From Candidatus Eiseniibacteriota bacterium (GTDB taxonomy: Bacteria; Eisenbacteria; RBG-16-71-46): a stretch of 64,000 nucleotides of DNA. This document shows, piece by piece, positions 10,912-19,861 of the stretch. The stretch's first letter is position 1. Each line of letters starts with the position of its first letter. The stretch spans positions 1-64,000 of the forward strand of contig JBGAOA010000010.1 in assembly GCA_044222065.1 (NCBI GenBank), written 5' to 3'. Under the pieces are notes generated by a model. It searched no databases. It was given only the letters and a program-made list of their open reading frames with translations, and was not told the DNA's origin. The translations under genes and the position numbers were made by a program.

Positions 10912-12857
10912 GGATTCCCTCCCGCGGGCTCGATGGGGATGTCGACGGTGAAGCAGGTGCCCTCTCCGGGGTCGCTCTTCACGGCGATCGTTCCCCCGTG
11001 TCGCTTGACGATGTCGTGGCTGACGTACAGACCGAGCCCGCTGCCTCCTTTCTTGGTGGTGTAGAACGGTTCGAAGATGGTCTTGATCGCTTCCGGCGGA
11101 ATGCCGCTGCCGCGGTCGCGCACGGTCACGCGCACGGCGGCGGGCCACGCGCCCGCGGGCCCCGGACCGTCGCGCTCGTGCGGCGCCGGCGCCACGGCCA
11201 CCCGCACGTCGGCGCCCTGCGGCGACGCCTCGATCGCGTTCTTGACGAGGTTGAGCAGCACTTGTTCGAGGTGGTCGGCGTCGTGCGCGGCCGCGGGGGT
11301 CCGCGGCGCGACGTCGAGCCGCAGCGTCACGCCGCGCGCCGCGCCGATCGCCTCGGCGCACTGCACCGCGCGCCGCGCGGTCTCCTCGACCGGCGCGGCC
11401 CGCAGGCGCAGCTCGCGCGGATGCGTGATGTCGAAGAGGTCCTGCAGCACGCGGTCGAGGCGCTGGATCTCGCGCTCGATGAACTCGAGGTGCTCGCGCG
11501 GCGGGCCGTCTTTCGGCAGCGACTTCGTCAGGTACTGGGCCCCGGCGGCGATGCCGGCGAGCGGATTGCGGATCTCGTGGGCGACGCTCGAGGTGAAGCG
11601 GCCGAGCGCCGCGAGCCGGTCGAGGCTGCGCGCCTGCTCTTCCGCGCGCTTGAACGGCGTCAGGTCCACGAACAGCGCGATCGCGCCGTACACCGTGCCG
11701 CGGTCGCGCTTGAGCAGCGACGACGTGAAGCTGACCGGCAGCCGCGAGCCGTTGCGCGTGCGGATCCACGTCTCGATCCGCCGCGAGACGCGGCCGTGCT
11801 CGAGCGCATCGCGCATGGCGTCGGCGCACTCGGGTCCGGCGATCTCGGCGAACGTGCGGCCGAGCGCTTCGGCCTCGTCCCAGGCGAGCAGCGCCTCGGC
11901 GGCCGGGTTCACGGTCAGGACGTGGCCGCGCAGGTTCACCGCCACGAGCGCGCTCGACATCGAATCGAGGATGTTCTCGCGGAACTGCTCGCTGCGGCGC
12001 AGCTCCTGCTGGAGCTGCGCGTTCTCGAGCAGCGGCGCGATCGAGAGTCCGATGGACTCGAGCAGTTCGGCGTCGCGGGTCGTGTCCGGATCGGAGCCGC
12101 GCCCGCGCGACGTCGCGAGGACGCCCATCATCGGCATGACGTCGCAGCCGAGGCAGTGGCGCTGCCGCGCCTCGCGCTCGAGCGCCCAGCGCGCCGCGGC
12201 CGGCCCCGGCGGCGGCACGAGCCCCGAGGCGTCGCCCAGGATGCAGCGCGCGCCGCACACCTCGTGCGTGTCGGAGCCCGCGACGAGCGACTGGCTGCGC
12301 TGAAGCGGGACGCACACGAGCGGCCCCATCGTCTCCATGACGTCGAGCAGCGGGTGGCCGTCCGGCAGCGTGGCGAGCGTGTGCGACACGGTCGTGCGCT
12401 GGATGAGCGTGCGGTTGAGCCACAGCGCGCGCGGAATCGCGCCGCCGTCGCCGACGAGCGGCAGCTCGAGCGAGTGCGCGCGCTCCTCCCCGCCCTGCCG
12501 GTGCATCCACGTGCCGGTCAGGGTCTCGCGTTCGCGGTCGAGGAGCAGCAAGCCGACGTCCTCGTAGCCGAACGCGCGCGCGAGGTAGCGCGCGATCGTG
12601 CGCGTGGCCTCGGCGAGATCGGACGCCGCGACGACGCCGCTCGCGACCTCGCGCAGCGATACGAGCTGCACGCGGGTCTCGATGAGGCGGCGCTGGCTCT
12701 TCTCGAGCTCCTCGACGAGCTCTCCGAGCGTCTGCACGAGCGAATCCGTGTCCGACGGATCGAGGGTCGCCGGAGTCCCGGCGCGATCCGACAGACCGCG
12801 GACGTCGTCCACCCGCTGGAGCAGCTCGCGCAGGGCGCGAGCGCGGTGATCCTCCAT
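10908..12857 (-). CDS. Cytoplasmic GAF-PAS sensor histidine kinase
   Basis: VAHEIRNPL H-box, NLVKNA, DRGSGI, FYTTKKGGSGLGL; PAS (VNPAAEALL); no TM helix; stop overlaps the regulator start. Confidence 0.92.
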   Translation of the reverse strand: MEDHRARALRELLQRVDDVRGLSDRAGTPATLDPSDTDSLVQTLGELVEELEKSQRRLIETRVQLVSLREVASGVVAASDLAEATRTIARYLARAFGYEDVGLLLLDRERETLTGTWMHRQGGEERAHSLELPLVGDGGAIPRALWLNRTLIQRTTVSHTLATLPDGHPLLDVMETMGPLVCVPLQRSQSLVAGSDTHEVCGARCILGDASGLVPPPGPAAARWALEREARQRHCLGCDVMPMMGVLATSRGRGSDPDTTRDAELLESIGLSIAPLLENAQLQQELRRSEQFRENILDSMSSALVAVNLRGHVLTVNPAAEALLAWDEAEALGRTFAEIAGPECADAMRDALEHGRVSRRIETWIRTRNGSRLPVSFTSSLLKRDRGTVYGAIALFVDLTPFKRAEEQARSLDRLAALGRFTSSVAHEIRNPLAGIAAGAQYLTKSLPKDGPPREHLEFIEREIQRLDRVLQDLFDITHPRELRLRAAPVEETARRAVQCAEAIGAARGVTLRLDVAPRTPAAAHDADHLEQVLLNLVKNAIEASPQGADVRVAVAPAPHERDGPGPAGAWPAAVRVTVRDRGSGIPPEAIKTIFEPFYTTKKGGSGLGLYVSHDIVKRHGGTIAVKSDPGEGTCFTVDIPIEPAGGNP

Positions 12858-12971
12858 CCGATCCGTCCGCCGCGCGCGCCCACGGGGCTCGGGGCGCGCG
12901 GCGTGAAGGTTCACCGGCGCGCCGCCTCAGGGCGGGGAGGGCGGCGCGCGCCGGCGTGTTACCGGGAAGGC

Positions 12972-14102
12972 TCAGCCATCCACGAATTCGCGAACGGTGT
13001 TCGCGACGTAGCGGATCTGCTCCTCCGTGAGCTCGGGGTAGATCGGGAGCGCGACCGTCTCGAGCGCCGCGGCTTCCGAGTTCGGCATGTCGCCGGTCTT
13101 GTGGCCGAGCGAAGCAAAGCACTTCTGCAGGTGCAGCGGAACCGGGTAGTACACCTCGCAGCCGACTCCGCGTTCGCCGAGGAACGTCTTCAGCTCGTCG
13201 CGCTTCGGCACGCGGATGACGTACTGGTTGTAGATGTGGCGCGTGCGCGGGTCGTGGTACGGCCGGCCCACCTTCGACCCCTCGAACAGCTGGTTGTAGA
13301 GCGCGGCATTCTTCGCGCGCCCTTCGCTCCAGCGGTCGAGATGGCGAAGCTTCACGCGCAGGATCGCGGCCTGCAGCGCGTCGAGGCGCGAGTTCGTGCC
13401 GACGAGCGAGTGGTAGTACTTCGGCTTCGCGCCGTGGTTGCAGAGCAGCCGGGCGCGGTCCGCGATCTCGGCGTTCTGGCTGACGATCATGCCGCCGTCG
13501 CCGGCGCAGCCGAGGTTCTTCGACGGGAAGAACGAGAAGCAGCCGAAGTCGGTCATCGAGCCCGAGCGCTTCCCCTCCCACTCCGAGCCGATGGACTGCG
13601 CCGCGTCCTCGATGAGCCAGATCTTGTGCTTCTGGCAGATCGCCTTGATCGCCGGCAGGTCGCAGCACTGACCGAACAGCGACACGGCCACGACCGCCTT
13701 CGTGCGCGGCGTGATGGCGGCCTCGAGCCGGTGCGGATCCATGTTGTACGTGCGCGCGTCGATGTCCACGAACACCGGCGTCGCGCCGTTGTTCGCGATC
13801 GTGCCGGCGCTCGCGAAGAACGAGTACGCGCTCGTGACGACCTCGTCGCCGGGGCCGATGCCGAGCGCCCACATCGACAGCAGCAGCGCGTCGGTGCCCG
13901 AGGCGCAGGCGACCGCCTGACTCGTCTGCGAGTAGCGGGCGACCTCCTCCTCGAGGCCCTTCACCTCCGGGCCGCCGATGAACATCGTGCTCTCCATCAC
14001 GCGGCGCACGGCGTCGTCCACGTCCGCCTTGATCGTCGCGTACTGCGCCTTGAGGTCCAGCAGAGGGACCGTCATCGCCGCCTTCGTCGGGCTGCCTGCC
14101 AT
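12972..14102 (-). CDS. DegT/DnrJ/EryC1/StrS PLP aminotransferase (WbpE/GnnB-like)
   Basis: SGTDAL, IEDAAQSIG, FSFFPSKNLG, NSRLDALQAAIL. Confidence 0.93.
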   Translation of the reverse strand: MAGSPTKAAMTVPLLDLKAQYATIKADVDDAVRRVMESTMFIGGPEVKGLEEEVARYSQTSQAVACASGTDALLLSMWALGIGPGDEVVTSAYSFFASAGTIANNGATPVFVDIDARTYNMDPHRLEAAITPRTKAVVAVSLFGQCCDLPAIKAICQKHKIWLIEDAAQSIGSEWEGKRSGSMTDFGCFSFFPSKNLGCAGDGGMIVSQNAEIADRARLLCNHGAKPKYYHSLVGTNSRLDALQAAILRVKLRHLDRWSEGRAKNAALYNQLFEGSKVGRPYHDPRTRHIYNQYVIRVPKRDELKTFLGERGVGCEVYYPVPLHLQKCFASLGHKTGDMPNSEAAALETVALPIYPELTEEQIRYVANTVREFVDG

Positions 14103-14130
14103 TCCCTGTCTCCTTCGATCGAGAGCCGGA

Positions 14131-14889
14131 CTACGCGTCCACCCAGCCCTGGTTTTCGAGCAGTTGTTCCACCGGGACGTCGCGCAGAACCCGCGCGGGC
14201 GTGCCCATGACGATCTTGCGCGCCGGAACGTCCTTCGTGACGACCGAGCCCGCGGCGACGAGCGCGTCCTCGCCGACGGTGACGCCCGGGAGCGTGACCG
14301 TGCCGGCGCCGATGCGGCCGCCCTTCTTCACCGTGAGGCCCTTGAAGTGCTTGAAGCGCTCCGCCGTGCGGCCGACGAAGTTGTCGTTCGACATCACGAC
14401 GCCGGGAGCGATGAACACCCGGTCCTCGAGCGTCGAGTAGGCGGTCACGTAGCACTCGCTCTCGAGCTTGCAGTAGCGGCCGACGCTGCAGAAGTTCTCG
14501 ACCGTGACGCCGCGGCCGACGATCGTGCCGCGGCCGATCGTGACGTTCTCGCGCACGGTGCAGAGGTCGGCCATCAGCACCTTCGGGTCGATCTTCGCGC
14601 CGCGGTAGAGCACGACGCCGGTGCCGACGATGCACAGCTCGCCGAGCTCGAGGGGCGGCAGCTCCTGCTCCTTCGTCGTCGCCGAGTTCGCCGCCTTCAT
14701 GGGCTTCTTGCCGAGCGAAGCGTGGTCGTCGATGCGCACGGTGTCGCCGACGACGGTGTCGTCGTGGATCACGACGTGGTGTCCGATGCGGCAGCCCTTG
14801 CCGATGCGCACGTTCGCGCCGATCACGCAGTACTCACCGAGCGTCGTGCCTTCGCCGACGACGGCGCTCGAATGGATGACGCTGCTCAT
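14131..14889 (-). CDS. Hexapeptide-repeat N-acyltransferase (WbpD-like)
   Basis: Left-handed beta-helix repeats; FIAPGVVMSND; AAGSVVTKDVP; ATG overlaps the upstream stop. Confidence 0.88.
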   Translation of the reverse strand: MSSVIHSSAVVGEGTTLGEYCVIGANVRIGKGCRIGHHVVIHDDTVVGDTVRIDDHASLGKKPMKAANSATTKEQELPPLELGELCIVGTGVVLYRGAKIDPKVLMADLCTVRENVTIGRGTIVGRGVTVENFCSVGRYCKLESECYVTAYSTLEDRVFIAPGVVMSNDNFVGRTAERFKHFKGLTVKKGGRIGAGTVTLPGVTVGEDALVAAGSVVTKDVPARKIVMGTPARVLRDVPVEQLLENQGWVDA

Positions 14890-15923
14890 GACACCCCCGC
14901 GGTCTGGCCCTGCACGGCGACCGGCGCACCGCCCGCCTCGAGCGACGCCTGCGCGGCGGCGAGCACCTTCACGACCCTGAGGCCGTTCTCCCCGTCGGTG
15001 AGCGGCTGCTTGCGCTCGCGAATGCAGTCCACGAAATGCCGGCACTCGATGGACAGCGGCTCCTGGTTCGAGATCTTCGGCAGCAGGATGTCGCCGCTGC
15101 GAACCGTGAGCGCGTCGCCGTAGGACACGACCTCGCCGGCGCGGTCCACGCCCTTGTCGTAGATGCGGATCTTCTCGCTCGCTTCCATGTCGTCGAACAC
15201 GACCATCTTCTGGCTGCCGACGACCGTGAACTTGCGCAGCTTGTGCGGATCGAGCCACGAGACGTGGACGTGCGCGAGCTTGCCGCCCGGGAAACGCAGG
15301 TCCACGAACACGACGTCCTCGACCTTGCCCTGCAGGAACGCCGAGCCGCGGGCGACGACGTCGATCGGCTCCTGACCGATGAGGTGCAGGACGACCGAGA
15401 GGTCGTGAGGCGCGAAGCTCCAGAGCGCGTTCTCGTCGCGGCGGACCTTCCCGAGGTTCACGCGCTGGGAGTAGATGTAGTAGAGGTCGCCGAGGTCGCC
15501 GGAATCCACCATCTTCTTCAGGTACTGGACGCCCGGGTGGTAGAGCAGCAGGTGGCCGACCATGAGGATCCGGTTGCGCTCCTTCGCGAGCTTCACGAGC
15601 GCTTCGGCGTCGGCGACCTTCAGCGTGAGCGGCTTCTCGACGTACACGTCCTTCCCCGCCTCGAGCAGCTGCTTCGCGAGCGGGAAGTGGCTCACCGCCG
15701 ACGACGACACGACGGCGCCCTGGATGTCGGCGGCCGCGCACACTTCGTCGACGTGCGACAGCGCACGCGTGCCGGGGTACTGCGCCGCCGTCTTGGCGAG
15801 CCGCTGCGCGTCCGCGTCGCACAGCGCGACGAGGCGCGCGCCCGGGACGCGCGAGAAATTGCGGACCAGATTGGCTCCCCAGTCGCCGGTGCCGACGACC
15901 GCGATGCCCGGACCGTCCGTCAT
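14886..15923 (-). CDS. Gfo/Idh/MocA oxidoreductase (WbpB/GnnA-like)
   Basis: VVGTGDWG Rossmann motif, VEKP, WSFAPHD. Confidence 0.9.
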   Translation of the reverse strand: MTDGPGIAVVGTGDWGANLVRNFSRVPGARLVALCDADAQRLAKTAAQYPGTRALSHVDEVCAAADIQGAVVSSSAVSHFPLAKQLLEAGKDVYVEKPLTLKVADAEALVKLAKERNRILMVGHLLLYHPGVQYLKKMVDSGDLGDLYYIYSQRVNLGKVRRDENALWSFAPHDLSVVLHLIGQEPIDVVARGSAFLQGKVEDVVFVDLRFPGGKLAHVHVSWLDPHKLRKFTVVGSQKMVVFDDMEASEKIRIYDKGVDRAGEVVSYGDALTVRSGDILLPKISNQEPLSIECRHFVDCIRERKQPLTDGENGLRVVKVLAAAQASLEAGGAPVAVQGQTAGVS

Positions 15924-15986
15924 GAACGTTCTCCTCTCGAGTTCGTTTCGGTGAGCGCGCGCGCGGGATCCGCAGCGCGGCGGCGG

Positions 15987-16015
15987 AGTCTAGCAACGCC
16001 GTCGGGCCGCGGCAA
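15987..16015 (-). promoter_or_regulatory. Sigma70-type promoter of the amino-sugar operon
   Basis: Minus strand TTGCCG, 17 nt, TAGACT, with extended -10 TG. Confidence 0.6.
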
Positions 16016-16029
16016 AAGTCCGGGCCGCA

Positions 16030-17025
16030 TCAGGCCGCCTGCGGCCACAGCGTCTCCACGCGATTGCGTCCGCGCTGCTTCGCCTGGTAGAGCGCACGGT
16101 CCGCGACCTGAATGAGCGACGTGCTGTCGGTCGCGTCCTCGGGGAACATCGAGACGCCGAGGCTGATCGTGATCGTTCCCGCGTGGGTGAGCGGAAACGC
16201 GTGCTCCTCGATCGAGGCGCGAACGCGCTCGGCGACGACCATCGCTCCCTCGCGATTGGTCTGCGGCAGGATCACGGTGAACTCGTCGCCGCCGTACTTC
16301 GCGACGAGGTCGAACGACCGCACCTGCTGCGCGATGAGGCCGGCGGCCTCCTTGAGCAGGTGACTGCCGCGCAGGTGGCCGTTGCGGTCGTTGTACGTCT
16401 TGAGATTGTCCACGTCGATCATCACGAGCGCGAGCTCCTGGTTGTAGCGCCCGGCGCGCTTGATCTCGCGGCGCAATGCGGTCTTGAGGAAGCGGTAGTT
16501 GTAGACCTGCGTGAGGTCGTCGGTGACGGCGAGCTTCTCGAGCGCGCTCGTCAGCCGCGCGCCGTCGAGCGTGGCGGCCGCCCACGCCGCGAGCACCATC
16601 GCGACGGCCGTCTCGTCCGAAGTGAAGCGTGCGCCGCGCGGCGCGCGATGGAACGCGAGGTAGCCGCCCGCCGTCTCGCGCGCCCGCAGCGGCACGAACA
16701 TCACCGGGCCCGAGACGAATCCGGGGCAGGCTTCCGCCTCCCCGACGCGCGGGTCCTCGGCGAAGTTCGTGACGACGACCGGCACGCCGTGCCGCAGCAG
16801 CGAACGCGGGAACGAGGACTCACGGCCCTCGTGAGGGCGCGCCTCGGTGTCCCCCGCCCTCAGCACGTGCAGGCTGCCGCGGCGGCCCGAGACCACGGCG
16901 GCGTCACACTCGATCAGCTCGACCGAGGCGCGCAGCAGCCGGTCCACGACCGACGCGTACGAGCGGAGACCACGGCGATTGTGCAGCTCGAGCAGCGCCT
17001 CGAGCGCGCGTTCACGTGGAAGCAC
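16030..17025 (-). CDS. GAF-domain diguanylate cyclase
   Basis: TDDLT, IDVDNLKTYND, intact GGDEF preceded by an RxxD I-site (RSFD). Confidence 0.93.
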   Translation of the reverse strand: MLPRERALEALLELHNRRGLRSYASVVDRLLRASVELIECDAAVVSGRRGSLHVLRAGDTEARPHEGRESSFPRSLLRHGVPVVVTNFAEDPRVGEAEACPGFVSGPVMFVPLRARETAGGYLAFHRAPRGARFTSDETAVAMVLAAWAAATLDGARLTSALEKLAVTDDLTQVYNYRFLKTALRREIKRAGRYNQELALVMIDVDNLKTYNDRNGHLRGSHLLKEAAGLIAQQVRSFDLVAKYGGDEFTVILPQTNREGAMVVAERVRASIEEHAFPLTHAGTITISLGVSMFPEDATDSTSLIQVADRALYQAKQRGRNRVETLWPQAA

Positions 17026-17070
17026 GAGCGATACCCCCGGGGAATGAGCGGACGGATCCGCCCGGGAGGC

Positions 17071-17086
17071 TGCAACGCCTGTGCCA
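17071..17086 (-). promoter_or_regulatory. Sigma54 (-24/-12) promoter
   Basis: Minus strand TGGCAC-AGGCG-TTGCA, exact consensus spacing, about 45 nt upstream of the cyclase start. Confidence 0.8.
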
Positions 17087-17107
17087 TCCCCCCCAGCGGC
17101 CGGGGAA

Positions 17108-18154
17108 TCAGCGCGAATCGTCGAAGAAGCTCCCCGCGAGGGCGATCGTTCGCGCTCCGAAACCCACGATCCCGGCCACGATCAGCACCCACCCCGCGAG
17201 CTTGCCGGCGTCGGACAAGGGCAGTTCGGCGTTGAACTTGGCGTAGACGACGAGCGCCCAGACGAGCGCCGCGGTCAGGACCGCCGAGAGAACCGCCTGA
17301 ACGCGCGCCCACGTGCGGGCCTCGCTCCCGCGCGCCGCATCCGGATGGGGCAATTGGCCTGATTCGGAGCCGCCCGTTCGTGCGGACTGCACGCTTTCCA
17401 TCCGCTCGGGTCGGATGCCGCCACCGACCCCGGGGGCGGCATCCGGGGCGCGCAGCGTCCAGAGCGCCGTCGCTCCGAGCAGGAAGCGGCGCCGGCGCAC
17501 GAGTGTGAACCCGCGCTCGCGCGCCGCCCGCTCGAACGCCTCGCCGTCGCCGAACTCGAGGATGGACTGGCCGAGGTAGCGGTACGCGCTCGGGTCGCCC
17601 GAGAGCCGGCCGAGCGCCGGCACGCCGTGCTCGAGGTGCGCGCGATGGAGCGGCGCGAGCGGGCCCGGGCGCGGCGCGGTCGCCTCGAGCACGACGAGCG
17701 TGCCGCCGGGCGCGAGCACGCGCGCGAGTTCGGCGAGCGCGTCCGCACGCGGCCGCAGGTTGCGCATGCCGAACGCGATCGTGACGGCGTCGACCGAGCC
17801 GCGTCCGAGCGGCAGGTGGAACGCGTCGGCGCACGCGAGCCGCGGCGCCCAGCCGGGGCCGAAGTGCTCGTCGGCGGCGGCTTCGAGCATGCCGAGGCTC
17901 ACGTCCACGCCGAGCAACGTGCGGCCCGGCCGGCGCAGTCCGGGCAGCGACACGCCGTTGCCTGTGCACAGGTCGAGCACGACGCGCGCGCGCTCGGGCA
18001 CTTCGCGCCACATCGCGCGCCGCCACGCGTCGTCCTGACCGAGCGTCATCAGCCGGTTCAGGAGGTCGTAGCGCCCGGAGACCGAGTCGAACATGGACGC
18101 CATCGCACGCGCGGCGCGCGGCTCGAAGCGTTCGGAACCGGAGTCGGGAGTCAT
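17108..18154 (-). CDS. menG: UbiE/MenG-family methyltransferase with C-terminal two-TM extension
   Basis: MFDSVSGRYDLLNRLMTLGQD, LDLCTGNG, AFGMRN; two hydrophobic helices at the C-terminus. Confidence 0.8.
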   Translation of the reverse strand: MTPDSGSERFEPRAARAMASMFDSVSGRYDLLNRLMTLGQDDAWRRAMWREVPERARVVLDLCTGNGVSLPGLRRPGRTLLGVDVSLGMLEAAADEHFGPGWAPRLACADAFHLPLGRGSVDAVTIAFGMRNLRPRADALAELARVLAPGGTLVVLEATAPRPGPLAPLHRAHLEHGVPALGRLSGDPSAYRYLGQSILEFGDGEAFERAARERGFTLVRRRRFLLGATALWTLRAPDAAPGVGGGIRPERMESVQSARTGGSESGQLPHPDAARGSEARTWARVQAVLSAVLTAALVWALVVYAKFNAELPLSDAGKLAGWVLIVAGIVGFGARTIALAGSFFDDSR

Positions 18155-18192
18155 GCGCCGCGGCGGGACCTCGGGACGAGGCCGAACGGGAG

Positions 18193-18269
18193 TGGTGCGC
18201 CCGACAGGAATCGAACCTGTAACCTTTAGCTCCGGAGGCTAACGCTCTATCCAATTGAGCTACGGGCGC
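18193..18269 (-). tRNA. tRNA-Arg (CCG)
   Basis: GCGCCCG acceptor stem, TTAGC-CTCCGGA-GCTAA anticodon arm, GGTTCGATTCC, encoded CCA. Confidence 0.97.
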
Positions 18270-18334
18270 AGCGGGCCGCGTTTATAGCACAGCGCGCGCG
18301 CGGCCGTCACTCGGACCCGCGTTCCGCGCGGCCA

Positions 18335-18476
18335 GGCTCCGTTTGAGAACCCGAGTGCGAGACGGCGATGGAGTGCGACCCACGCTTCGCGTGGGTACCC
18401 CGGAGGTGTATCCGCAGGATACTCCGCAGTGACGAGCGACCGAGCCAACGCAGCCCTCGGGTTCTCAAACGGAGCC
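18335..18476. mobile_element. 142-bp MITE-like element
   Basis: Perfect 21-bp terminal inverted repeats GGCTCCGTTTGAGAACCCGAG (18335-18355 and 18456-18476); internal hairpins; no transposase. Confidence 0.75.
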
Positions 18477-18506
18477 CGTGGCGCTCGCGCTGCTATGCTG
18501 CCGCCG

Positions 18507-19861
18507 ATGCACTCGATCGATCCCCTAACCGGCGAGACGCTCGCCGAGTACGCGCCCCACGACCGCCCGGAACTCGAGCGCCGCCTCGAACGCGCCGCTT
18601 CCGCCGCGCGCGCGTGGCGGGCCGCGGACGCCGGCGAACGGTCGCGCGGCTCTCCGCCCTCGGCGCGGCGCTGCGCGCACGGCGCGATGCGCTCGCGCGC
18701 CTCGCCACGCTCGAGATGGGCAAGCCGATCGCGCAGGCCCAGGCCGAAGTCGAGAAGTGCGCGCGCGCCTGCGACTGGGCCGCCGCGCGGCGCGGCGGCC
18801 TCGCGTCCGAGCCGGCTGCGACCGAGGCGCGCGCGAGCTACGTGCGCTTCGATCCGCTCGGGGTCGTGCTCGCGGTGATGCCGTGGAACTTCCCCTACTG
18901 GCAGGTCTTCCGGTGCGCCGCGCCCGCGATCGCGGCCGGCAACGCGATCGCGCTCAAGCACGCCTCGAACGTGTGCGGCTGCGCGCTCGCGATCGGCGAC
19001 GTGTGCCGCGACGCCGGCCTGCCCGAGGGACTGCTCGAAGTGCTGCTCGCTCCCGCGTCCGAGGTGGACGCGCTGATCGCGCATCCCGCGGTCGCGGCCG
19101 TGAGTCTCACGGGCAGCGAAGCGGCCGGGCGCGCGGTCGGCGCCGCCGCGGGCCGCGCGCTCAAGCCCGCCGTGCTGGAACTCGGGGGCTCGGATCCGTT
19201 CCTCGTGCTCGCCGACGCCGACCTCGAGACGACGGTCGCCGAGGCAGCGCGCGCGCGGCTTCAGAACAACGGCCAGAGCTGCATCGCCGCGAAGCGCTTC
19301 ATCGTCGAAGCGCCGGTCGCGGAGGCGTTCGAGCGCCGGCTCGCCGATCGCTTCGCGGCGGTGCGCACCGGCGATCCGCTCGATCCCGCGACCGAACTCG
19401 GACCGCTCGCGCGCGCCGACCTGCGCGACGAGCTGCACGCGCCGGTCGCGCGCTCGCTCGCAGCCGGCGCGCGTCGGCTCGCCGGCGGCGTCGTGCCGCC
19501 CGGCCCCGGCGCCTTCTACCCCGCGACGGTGCTCGCCGACGTCCGCCCCGGCATGGCGGCGTTCGACGAAGAGACGTTCGGTCCGGTCGCGGCGGTGACG
19601 CGCGCGCGCGACGAGGACGACGCGGTGCGGCTCGCGAACGCCACGCGCTTCGGTCTCGGCGCGAGCGTGTGGACGGGCGACGCGGCGCGCGGCGAACGGC
19701 TCGCGGCGCGGCTCGAGGCGGGCTGCGTGTTCGTCAACGCGATCGTCGCGTCCGATCCCCGGCTGCCGTTCGGAGGCGTGAAGGCGTCGGGCTACGGGCG
19801 CGAGCTCGCCCGCGAGGGGCTGCGCGCCTTCAGCGACGTGAAGACGGTGTGGGTGAAGTAG
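18507..19861 (+). pseudogene. NAD(P)-dependent succinate-semialdehyde dehydrogenase-like aldehyde dehydrogenase, with a 1-nt frameshift near 18640
   Basis: N-terminus MHSIDPLTGE is in one frame; [25 protein letters not shown] and EETFGP are in another. One added G at GAACGG|TC restores ERVARLSAL; may be a sequencing error. Confidence 0.85.

Noticed and set aside
12914..12954. GC-rich inverted repeat between the aminotransferase and kinase
   Set aside because: Imperfect, no clear U tract, and expected by chance at this GC content.
9490..13872. 1460-aa ORF suggesting a giant regulator
   Set aside because: Only the last 473 aa (from ATG 10911) are the regulator; the rest is an off-frame overlap with the kinase and aminotransferase.
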